Virus record (IMG/VR): IMGVR_UViG_3300047547_000161
Location: 3,128 to 67,127 of that record
DNA length: 64,000 nucleotides
Origin: a virus
Strand: one strand, 5' to 3'
Shown here: one piece after another, positions 38,084 through 47,200 of the stretch
Layout: every line of letters begins with the position of its first letter
Numbering within the stretch: the first letter of the stretch is position 1
Notes under the pieces: generated by a model
Database searches by the model: none
What the model was told of the DNA's origin: nothing
What the model saw: only the letters and a program-made list of their open reading frames with translations
Position numbers and translations under genes: made by a program

Positions 38084-38698
38084 TTACTTCTTGGTTGTGA
38101 TTTTACCTTCTTTAATCAAAGTGTTAATGGTTTTTTTTATTGTTTGCTCACTAACAGTTTTTGTAAACATTTCAGCAAGAATCTTATTGACTCTATTATC
38201 AATCATTTCATTTAACTGAGACATACTTATGGTCACCATTTGTTCTGTTGAATTGTGATTAACCGATTCTCTAATTGGACCTCTTTGCGGTGCTGGAGCT
38301 CCTTGTCGTCTAATTGGTTTTTCAATCAAATCTTCAAGTCCCTCTAAACCAAAGGAAGATGTTACCGCACCATAACTTAATTTAGGTATAGGTTTATTTA
38401 ACATAGCTTGTTTAACGTTATCTGGCATTTTAGACCTCATCACGTCTTCGGCTGTGTAATCTCTAACTTCAACCTGCGCTTCAGTTTGAGGGATATAGTT
38501 TTCATAGACTGGTTCTCTTTCATCCATTTCATTGTAATAAGGTGTCTGAGGTGCGTAGTTATCATAACCACCATAACCTTCATCCATTCTATTTTTAGAT
38601 TTGGTAGGTGATTTCTCTTCTACTGCTTTCATAACCTTTTTTGCGTTACCTAGAATGTTTTTTAATCTATTAACGTCTACTGGTGTTGGTGTTTCCAT
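38084..38698 (-). CDS. Hypothetical protein
   Basis: 204 aa; last gene of a late operon. Confidence 0.7.
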   Translation of the reverse strand: METPTPVDVNRLKNILGNAKKVMKAVEEKSPTKSKNRMDEGYGGYDNYAPQTPYYNEMDEREPVYENYIPQTEAQVEVRDYTAEDVMRSKMPDNVKQAMLNKPIPKLSYGAVTSSFGLEGLEDLIEKPIRRQGAPAPQRGPIRESVNHNSTEQMVTISMSQLNEMIDNRVNKILAEMFTKTVSEQTIKKTINTLIKEGKITTKK

Positions 38699-39170
38699 TT
38701 GTTTGTTGTGTTTGTTGCGGTTGCGCTTGTTGTGTTTGTTGGGGTTGATTCAAATTTACTTTGTACATAATTGATGACATTGTTGCGTCACCATTAGGGT
38801 TATAGCTAGGTATGCTTGAATCATAGTCAGAGATAGGTTTGGACCATTTTACTTTCGTAGGGTACCAACCAACTATTCTGTCTAACCTAAACGTTTTCCA
38901 AAAACCGTTTTTATTTCCTGTTTTAGAGGCACCAACAATTTGATACGCTCTAATTATATCGTTTCCACTTTTAGATTTACCCAAAACATAAACTTGAATG
39001 TATCGTTTACTAGGTACTGTTTGACCTTCATCCATATATTCAATGTTTACGTTATACTTACCATCTATACAAGCTTTAACGTCATCAATAGACACAGCTT
39101 CGGTTAACAACCGTCTGTATTCATTGATACTTTCTAATATAACTTCTTGATATAGATTGTAAAGCTTCAT
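38670..39170 (-). CDS. WYL-like (SH3-fold) domain protein
   Basis: VNIEY...RYIQVYVLG...IRAYQ...WKTFRLDRI is the WYL-type signature; N-terminal ILE/INE/LTE sites; Gln-rich tail. Confidence 0.65.
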   Translation of the reverse strand: MKLYNLYQEVILESINEYRRLLTEAVSIDDVKACIDGKYNVNIEYMDEGQTVPSKRYIQVYVLGKSKSGNDIIRAYQIVGASKTGNKNGFWKTFRLDRIVGWYPTKVKWSKPISDYDSSIPSYNPNGDATMSSIMYKVNLNQPQQTQQAQPQQTQQTNGNTNTSRR

Positions 39171-39177
39171 AAAAAAA

Positions 39178-39561
39178 TTAGATAATTACTTGACCGATAT
39201 TTGCTGATGTATCTGGGTGTGTATAGTTTTGTAAACCTAAACCTACTGGACCATAACCCCACATACCGCTATTCATAGCAAATGCTGGTACACGACCAGA
39301 ACCTATATAAAGGCTTTGGTTACCATAAATGTCGTATGAACCACCGACACCACCATAGTTGTCGATATCTAAGTATTGACCAGAACCCTTACCATAAACT
39401 GGTGTGGTTTGGTCAGATACAGCTCTAGTGTGTGTTGCACTATATTCGTTAGCTGGGTTAGCATTGTTGTAAGTGTTGATTGGCAACAATGTGTTTCTTG
39501 CAGCAATTGCTGCGGCTTCAAGTGGTGATTGACCACCGTTGTATGGGCTACCTACTGGCAT
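39178..39561 (-). CDS. Hypothetical G/N/Y-rich protein, probably virion
   Basis: 127 aa in a late operon. Confidence 0.7.
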   Translation of the reverse strand: MPVGSPYNGGQSPLEAAAIAARNTLLPINTYNNANPANEYSATHTRAVSDQTTPVYGKGSGQYLDIDNYGGVGGSYDIYGNQSLYIGSGRVPAFAMNSGMWGYGPVGLGLQNYTHPDTSANIGQVII

Positions 39562-39565
39562 GTTT

Positions 39566-40015
39566 TTAAATTTTTAATTTTTTGTTGTTATCCATATACT
39601 CTATTAAATATCTAATTTCTGAGATTTCTTTCTGAATTGATTCATTATAAACTTCTTTGTTAGACATTATTTTTCGACTCATATCACCTTTTGTAACTTT
39701 TGGTGTACCACCTACGGCTGTTGGATTGGCATTGTCTCTATCTTTATTGTGAGCTTTGATGAATTGGTTTTCTCTACCAGCATCCATACCAACTTTTTTC
39801 TCATTGTAATTGGCGTCTTTGGCTGTTTTCACCAAACCGTTAACTTCATTAAACCTAGCTTCACCACCCATTCTTTGATATTCAGAGCAATTTTGACGAT
39901 TTTCACAATCATCTTTTGCTTGTCTTAATCTTGACAATTCCATAGCAAAGGCTTGGTGATTTTTAGTGTGACCATCCTGTGTAGCGTGTATGTCGTTGCT
40001 TATTTGTGAGTTCAT
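39566..40015 (-). CDS. Hypothetical protein
   Basis: 149 aa in a late operon. Confidence 0.7.
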   Translation of the reverse strand: MNSQISNDIHATQDGHTKNHQAFAMELSRLRQAKDDCENRQNCSEYQRMGGEARFNEVNGLVKTAKDANYNEKKVGMDAGRENQFIKAHNKDRDNANPTAVGGTPKVTKGDMSRKIMSNKEVYNESIQKEISEIRYLIEYMDNNKKLKI

Positions 40016-40016
40016 T

Positions 40017-40481
40017 TTACAGGTTTTTTGAGCTTATTTTGTTTGCAATAGCTTTTTTAAGGTCTTCTAATTGTTTTTCTGTTAATTCAGCATCTTCTAT
40101 TGTGTCAACAAGATTCGCAACTTTAGGGTTGTAATCTTTATCTGTAACGTCAAATGAGTTGCTTTTTTTAACCAAATCGCTTATTTTTTCTTCAACTGAT
40201 GTTTTTGTAACAACAGCTTTGCTTTCAAAAGTCCTAAGTCTACCTTCTCTTGAGCTACCGTATGAGTACACAGCAAACCATGGGATGTTTTGTCTATAAC
40301 GAGAAGTTGTTTTATCCATTGTTGTTGGTGTACCTTTTTCGTAACTAGACATATCATCTGGTGTTTTAGTAATTGGTCCTGTTTCAATTTCACTATCTCC
40401 ATTTATTGGTTTATTACCACCAATAGAGTTGAAATCACCACCTACCAATTCTTGTATGTTGCTTTTTTTAATGGTTTTCAT
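40017..40481 (-). CDS. Hypothetical protein
   Basis: 154 aa; first gene after the late motif at 40497-40504. Confidence 0.7.
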   Translation of the reverse strand: MKTIKKSNIQELVGGDFNSIGGNKPINGDSEIETGPITKTPDDMSSYEKGTPTTMDKTTSRYRQNIPWFAVYSYGSSREGRLRTFESKAVVTKTSVEEKISDLVKKSNSFDVTDKDYNPKVANLVDTIEDAELTEKQLEDLKKAIANKISSKNL

Positions 40482-40496
40482 AAATTAGCTTTTATT

Positions 40497-40526
40497 ATAA
40501 ATATATTGGAAGTCTTGAATATTTAT
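40497..40526. promoter_or_regulatory. Back-to-back divergent late promoter motifs
   Basis: ATATTTAT on minus (40497-40504) and plus (40519-40526), 15 and 17 nt from the respective starts. Confidence 0.7.
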
Positions 40527-40543
40527 AAGAAAACCTTTAAAAC

Positions 40544-42328
40544 ATGGGATTTCTCACTAAAATTGATACATCAGATAACAGACAAGCCAGACAACGAATA
40601 GAAACATCAACACATTATTCTGGTGCAACTGTACTAGGTGTTACTTTTGATATGTTACCTACTGGGCCTAGCACGACTGATTCTGGGGTTACATCAACAA
40701 TAACTGGCGCTACAGCCACTTTTTCTGGTAATAGTGGGACAACTAATTTTTCTTGGTATGACCCAAGGATGAATCTAGCTACTGGTTTTTCAGCTATCAC
40801 ACCAACCAATACTGGTGAAACACAAAGCACTGGTTTTTTATTTGCACCTAATTTAACTGGTACTAGTTTAGATGGTTATCCAATTACACTAACTTATAGT
40901 GGTGTTAGTTTTGATATGTCACCAACAACGTTCATAAATTTAGGTGGTGGTAATTATAGTGGGACTGTGTTTACTTACGATATAGATTTCTTGTCGGCAG
41001 GTACTATTGATTTCACTGGTTCAACTATTTGGTTAGATGTTTCTGGTATTACAAGAACAAACGGTTTAATTTTTACTGATAATCCAGTTGTTGGTTACGT
41101 TGTAACATGTATTGATACAGATGGGACGCTATCTTTGCAACCATCCTCTGGTTCAAGTGCAACAACTGTAACAACTTATTGGTCTGCTGGTACTGGTACC
41201 AAATCAATAGTTGTTAAAGGTTTTCAATCAACTGCTGGTGGAGATTACGCTGTTGCTGAAGGGTTTCAAACATCTTCAGACGGTAATTACTCAATAACTA
41301 AAGGCTATCGAACTTGGACAAAAGCTGACTACGGTTATGCTGAAGGTTATACTAGCACTGCTGGTGGTACAGCAGCCCATGCTGAAGGTTATTTGACTAG
41401 CGCATCAGGTAACTATTCACACTCTGAGGGTTCTGGTACAACCGCTATAGGTAGTGCATCACATTCAGAGGGTGGTTTAACTACCGCTACTGGTGCTTAT
41501 TCACACGCTGGTGGTAATTCATCAGCAGCAACTGGTGCTACATCATTTGTTCACGGTTCCAATTCTAGGGCACACGGTAGTTCAACGATAGTTTTAGGTA
41601 GTAATATAACGGGTACAACAGCTGATACAACCTATGTTGACAACTTAAACATAAAAACTGTGGGTGTAGGGCCAGGTGTAACTGATATCGGTGTTGATGC
41701 CAATGGTTTTGTAGTTAACCAAGCGTCAGATTTACGCATGAAGAAGAATATTTCAACTATTGAAAACGCTTTGGATAAGGTAAAACAACTTAGGGGTGTC
41801 AAATATCAGTGGAACGATGAAGAAAAAGGTGGTTCTGAATACCGTTTAGGTTTTATAGCACAGGAAGTTTATGAAGTTGAACCGCTTTTAAGCTTTGTAA
41901 ACACATCAACAAGCGAAAATTACATGGGTGTTCTTTATAAAGATGTCCCAGCGCTGCTTGTTGAAGCGATAAAAGAGTTGGTTTCCGATGAAGTGGTGAT
42001 AAATAAAACGTATTTGGAGACTCAAAGTATCATTGCTGAGGATAATAACATTGATTTAAACTATGGTGGTACTAAAGAAACCGCTATAAATGGTGGTATT
42101 AGGGTAATAAACGGTCTTGGTGATGAAAACGCAGAATTTATTTTAAATGAAGACGGTAATTGGGTAACAAATAATGGTTTTAAACCTAAAAATTTAACCC
42201 TACCTACTGGTACCCCATCATCAACCAATGATGTTATGGGTAATATTGGTGATGTTTTAGCTGATGAAAATTACATATACGTAAAAACACAAACAGGTTG
42301 GAAGAGGTCTTCTTTGACTAATTTCTAA
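40544..42328 (+). CDS. Tail fibre/spike protein with SHAEG repeats and peptidase S74 chaperone domain
   Basis: T/G/S-rich, 14-aa (S/A)H(A/S)EG repeats, SDLRMKKNI...LRGVKYQW...GFIAQEV...LLVEAIKEL. Confidence 0.85.
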   Translation: MGFLTKIDTSDNRQARQRIETSTHYSGATVLGVTFDMLPTGPSTTDSGVTSTITGATATFSGNSGTTNFSWYDPRMNLATGFSAITPTNTGETQSTGFLFAPNLTGTSLDGYPITLTYSGVSFDMSPTTFINLGGGNYSGTVFTYDIDFLSAGTIDFTGSTIWLDVSGITRTNGLIFTDNPVVGYVVTCIDTDGTLSLQPSSGSSATTVTTYWSAGTGTKSIVVKGFQSTAGGDYAVAEGFQTSSDGNYSITKGYRTWTKADYGYAEGYTSTAGGTAAHAEGYLTSASGNYSHSEGSGTTAIGSASHSEGGLTTATGAYSHAGGNSSAATGATSFVHGSNSRAHGSSTIVLGSNITGTTADTTYVDNLNIKTVGVGPGVTDIGVDANGFVVNQASDLRMKKNISTIENALDKVKQLRGVKYQWNDEEKGGSEYRLGFIAQEVYEVEPLLSFVNTSTSENYMGVLYKDVPALLVEAIKELVSDEVVINKTYLETQSIIAEDNNIDLNYGGTKETAINGGIRVINGLGDENAEFILNEDGNWVTNNGFKPKNLTLPTGTPSSTNDVMGNIGDVLADENYIYVKTQTGWKRSSLTNF

Positions 42329-42343
42329 GTTGAATAAATAAAA

Positions 42344-44224
42344 ATGGGAAATATAAATAATCAAACATACAGAGCATTAGACTTTCAATTATCGAATAAC
42401 GGATATTGGGATATGTACCTTGCTGCCGATTCATTAAGTTCTGGCGGCGATATAAATCCAGTATTGACTGGTGAATGTTTTGTTGTATGGTATGACTTTA
42501 ATAATCCAGAAACCTTTGGTACTGGAGGAACTGAGGATACAATTTATAGTTTGGTAAGTTGGACTGGTGCAACAAACACTGGTTATACCTTAAACACAGT
42601 TGGTTTGACTGGTTTGGATAATGGTTTAGTCACTTATGAAAGAGATGTGTTGGACCCAACCAACGCAGCTTTGGTATCAGCATTGACCGAATCTGTTCTT
42701 ATTGTACCATCAGGTGACACAAGATTAACGTTACACGCCGTAACTGGTTTCTCTGGAAACTATAGTTACCCTATGGAATTAATATATGCACCAGATACTG
42801 GTAACTATATGCAACTATGTGGTGGTTTTTATCAAGGTTTTTATAAACTAGATGGAACCGACTACGAAGTTTTACCTAACAGGGTTAATCAAGCTTGGGT
42901 TAGCGAATTGTGGTTAAACCCACAAGTTGACTATTGTGACACATCAGTTATTACTTTAAATGATGCTTATCCAGATAACTATGGGTTTTTCTTGTATTTT
43001 GGTACAAGAGCTGAAAACAAATATTGGGACCAATTTTTTGGTAATAACACTGGGTGTACTAGCGCATGTACAGTTCCAGATACTGCATGTACGGATACGG
43101 TAACAGCGTTTTGTACAGTACCAAAAGAATCAGATATTACAATTATTGATGAAAACGGTTTCGGTATACCTTTGATTCCACCTCAAGTTAAGGTTGATTT
43201 AATTACCAATCAATTTTTGATTTATGGTAGAGCTAGAGATGTTTCTAGCGAAAGATTGACTGGTGAAACAGGAACAATAATTTTATCAGCAATTACAAAT
43301 GCGACAAGTGGTGACACTGGTTGTCATTTTAACTATGGTAGTTATGATGGTTTAGGTACCAAAACTGTTTACACATACGATGGTGAAGGTATTGCTGTTG
43401 CTAGAATAAGTGAAAGAAACGCTTCAGATACCAACCCATTCTTAATTTATGGTAGAAGTGCTGGTTACAATACTGGTGCAACATGCGGTTGTTCAGCTGC
43501 TGATGATAGCGGTTATGGTACACAAACGACTTCTGAATACAATAGATATGAACCAATAACCCAATTAGACTATAATTTAGACATTATTGATAACGCTTTA
43601 GGTTTTAGAATCAAACCTGACGGTAGTATAGGTTATAGATTAATGACTGTAACTGGAAGTTGTGTTACAAATGATGTTGGTGAGAGAATTTATCAATCAG
43701 GTGTGACAATTCAAGAAGAATATTCAGCTTCTGGTATGGTTAAAACCGATGAGTGGTCATATGTTGTTGTGAAATTTGTAACAAACTACGAAGAAATTTG
43801 TGACGATTTAATACCAAAACAACGAACAGGTAAGTTAATGTTCTACGTAAATGCCAGATTAAAGTTTGTTGTTAACGATTTTCCTGAATTTATAGCTAGA
43901 AGATTAGATGAACATAGGTTAAAACAAGTTGGTGTGCCTTTTAACATAAGTTTAGGTGGTGGAACACAAGGTTTAGCTGATTCAATGACATTTGATGGAC
44001 CAGATGATTCAGACATTGCTCTACCACTAGAACAAAATTTTGGTGGTTCATTCATTGGATACATATCTCAATTCAAATTTAATATTTGTAATTTGAGTTT
44101 TAACGATATTTATAGAAACTACTTACTTGACGCTAATAGATACAACATTGTAGGGGCTGATTTCATGCTTACTGAAGAAGGTTTTTACTTAGTTCAAGAA
44201 AATGGTGACGCAATCATATTATGA
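42344..44224 (+). CDS. Putative virion protein with LamG/ConA-like beta-sandwich
   Basis: T/G/D/C-rich; WSYVVVKF...KLMFYVNARL...FIGYISQFKF; lies between fibre genes. Confidence 0.6.
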   Translation: MGNINNQTYRALDFQLSNNGYWDMYLAADSLSSGGDINPVLTGECFVVWYDFNNPETFGTGGTEDTIYSLVSWTGATNTGYTLNTVGLTGLDNGLVTYERDVLDPTNAALVSALTESVLIVPSGDTRLTLHAVTGFSGNYSYPMELIYAPDTGNYMQLCGGFYQGFYKLDGTDYEVLPNRVNQAWVSELWLNPQVDYCDTSVITLNDAYPDNYGFFLYFGTRAENKYWDQFFGNNTGCTSACTVPDTACTDTVTAFCTVPKESDITIIDENGFGIPLIPPQVKVDLITNQFLIYGRARDVSSERLTGETGTIILSAITNATSGDTGCHFNYGSYDGLGTKTVYTYDGEGIAVARISERNASDTNPFLIYGRSAGYNTGATCGCSAADDSGYGTQTTSEYNRYEPITQLDYNLDIIDNALGFRIKPDGSIGYRLMTVTGSCVTNDVGERIYQSGVTIQEEYSASGMVKTDEWSYVVVKFVTNYEEICDDLIPKQRTGKLMFYVNARLKFVVNDFPEFIARRLDEHRLKQVGVPFNISLGGGTQGLADSMTFDGPDDSDIALPLEQNFGGSFIGYISQFKFNICNLSFNDIYRNYLLDANRYNIVGADFMLTEEGFYLVQENGDAIIL

Positions 44225-44245
44225 TTATTTTAAACACAAAAAACG

Positions 44246-47200
44246 ATGCCAAATCAAAAAATTAGTCAATTTAACATTAACACAAACATTGGTGGTGATA
44301 ACTTAATCCCAATGGCAGCATCTGGTACAACGTATGCCGCGACTGTTAGTGGTTTGACAGAATATTTTACAACATTTGTTAGCGGTTATTCAGGGACTGA
44401 TATATACGTAACAGGTGGTACATACTCAAACGGAACTGCCGTATTTACAAATAATACTGGTGGTACATTTACCGTATCTGGTTTTTTGACTGGCGGCACC
44501 TCTGGTACTGAAGTGTTCGTAACTGGCGGTACATATTCAAATGGTACCGCTATCTTTACTAACAATACAGGTGGTACATTTACCGTTACAGGTTTCTATA
44601 CTGGCGGTACAATAACCAACGACACATTTGTAACTGGTGGTACATATACCAACGGTACAGCTACTTTCACCAATAATACTGGTGGTACGTTCAATGTTAG
44701 CGGATTTTACACTGGTTCAACTGAACTTTATTTAACAGGCGGTACATATTCAGATGGTACAGCCACCTTTACAAATAACACAGGTGGTACATTTAATGTT
44801 AATGGGTTTTATACTCAAAATATGAAAAATTATGTCACAGTTGGTGTTAGCGGTAATACGGATTTTACCTCTATTAAAGCCGCTGTTGACTCAATAACTG
44901 ACGCATCAACGTTTAACCCGTATGCGGTGGTCATTTTCCCAGGTGTTTATTTTGAGGATAGTATTACCATGAAAAGTGGTATTCACCTATTCTCATTTAG
45001 TTTGGGTGAAGTTTTATTGATACCTAATAGCACAACACAAACAATTTTTGTTGGTGCTGATGGTTCCTCTATAACCAATATAATCATGAACGGTGCTAGC
45101 GGTACTGGTGGTAGAGCTATCTATCACGTTGGTACAGGTGGTACTGGTTTTTTGGTTAAAGACTGTAACTTTAATAATAACTATATCAACGTAGAATGTT
45201 ATGGCGCTAGCTCTACATCAACTGTTTATGTTGACAGATGTAGCGTCACTGGTAATAATACATATGGTTTTATAGCAAACAATAGTGGTACAACCGCATC
45301 TCAAATTATTTTTGTTAATTCAACTTATCGTGATACTACTTTACCAGTTACTGAAACATTTTTGAGTGTTTCAGGTACAAATTCGGTTATAACATTAACC
45401 AACACCACACTTAGAACAACATCACAAAGTGGTTCTACATGTATAAAAGCGTATGATGGTGGTGAAATAAGAGTAGTTGGTAGTACAATTAGAGGTTTTG
45501 AAACAGCTATTAAATCGGTTGCTGGTGGTGCCGCTCCAAAAATGTTATTTGATAGCGTAGCTATTGACGAGACGACTAATCATTTAGTTATCGAACATAC
45601 TGGAACTACTGGTTATTACAACGGTGTTGTTGATTTAAACAAAGTCACTTTAGATAACACTACACCGTTTTATATTTATAGTTCAGACTTAAGAGAAATA
45701 CACGTTGCAAAAAAAGGTGAACAATTCACTTCAATTGCCGATGCCGTTAATTTTATTACCGACTCGTCAGAAACCAATAGATATGTTATTAAAGTTGGGG
45801 CTGGTGAATATACTGAGCCACTAATTGATTTAACTGATAAACCATATATTTCTATTGTTGGTTCATCAATTGCGTCAGTATTGGTACAACCAGACTCTGA
45901 TTCACATCACGTTTTTAAAATAGCTGCTACTAATGAAATTTCTTTCTTGACAATTAAAAATGCTGGTTTAGGATATGCTGGTATCTATATGTTAGATGGT
46001 GGTGATTACGCTCAAGCGCACAAAATTTCATTCATAGATTGTGATACAGGTATCTATATTGAATCTGATGCTGCTGATTCAATATTCTATGGTGAATATA
46101 TTGACTACAACGGAACTTATAGCTACGGTACAAAAGTTTATTCAGCAAACGGTAATGTTGCTTTTGCTAATTTGGAAAACTATTACAACTTACCAACTGG
46201 TACTGGAACAACAATAGGTAACTATATCGAAGGTACTGGAGCGACCATAACCGTATTAAGTTCGTCAAATAATGGTGTGGACACAAGTGGTTCAACATGT
46301 TTTGAAGTAAGAGATGGTGGTGAAGTAAACGGTAGCGCTATTAGGATAACAAACTACGATTATGGTATTAGAGTTTTAAACATAGGTTTGCCTAGTACAG
46401 TTAATGTAGCTGGTACACTTATTAAAGATTCTGGTGTTTATGATATGTCATTTGAACACGCTCAAGGTAGAGCAACATATGTTGGTTCAGCTAGTCACAC
46501 TAAAATAAATAACCAATCACCATATAGTTCTTGGATATTCTTGGATATTGACGATAGTGAATTTGAAATAAGAAACAAACTTTCTATAACATATAATAAC
46601 GGTACACATACCGATTTGTCAACACTTATTACAGAAACATCAACAATGGGTGTTTTCCATGGTGGTGTTATTTCTATCGTAAGTGGATTAACCGTAAACG
46701 TATCTAGTGGTTTTGGTTATTTTGAAGACGCTGTAAACGACACATATAACAGAAATGATTGGAATAGTCAGAATCTAACTTTACCTGATAACCAAGCTAA
46801 CTACGTATACTTTAACGAGAATCAAATTTTATCATATAGTACGAGCGAACCTGATACAGTAACAAATATTTTGTTGGGTAGAGTTGTAACACATAGTGGT
46901 AATACTGAAATTATAAACGCGACTCCACTAAGGGCAGAACACACATCAAATAATTTTGCACAATTATTTAGAAACGCGATTGGTCCAGTATATGCATCTG
47001 GTTCAATAGTGAATGAAAACACAACACCGTTTAAGCTAGATGTTACTAGTGGTACGTATTATTTCTCAACAAATGAGTTCACACCTTCTGGTGGTACAGC
47101 CATAACTTTCACATCAATCTACAGAAATGGTTTGGGTGGTCATGTGTTTACTACGACAGATACTGTTGATGCATCTTATTTTGATAACAATAACGGTACC

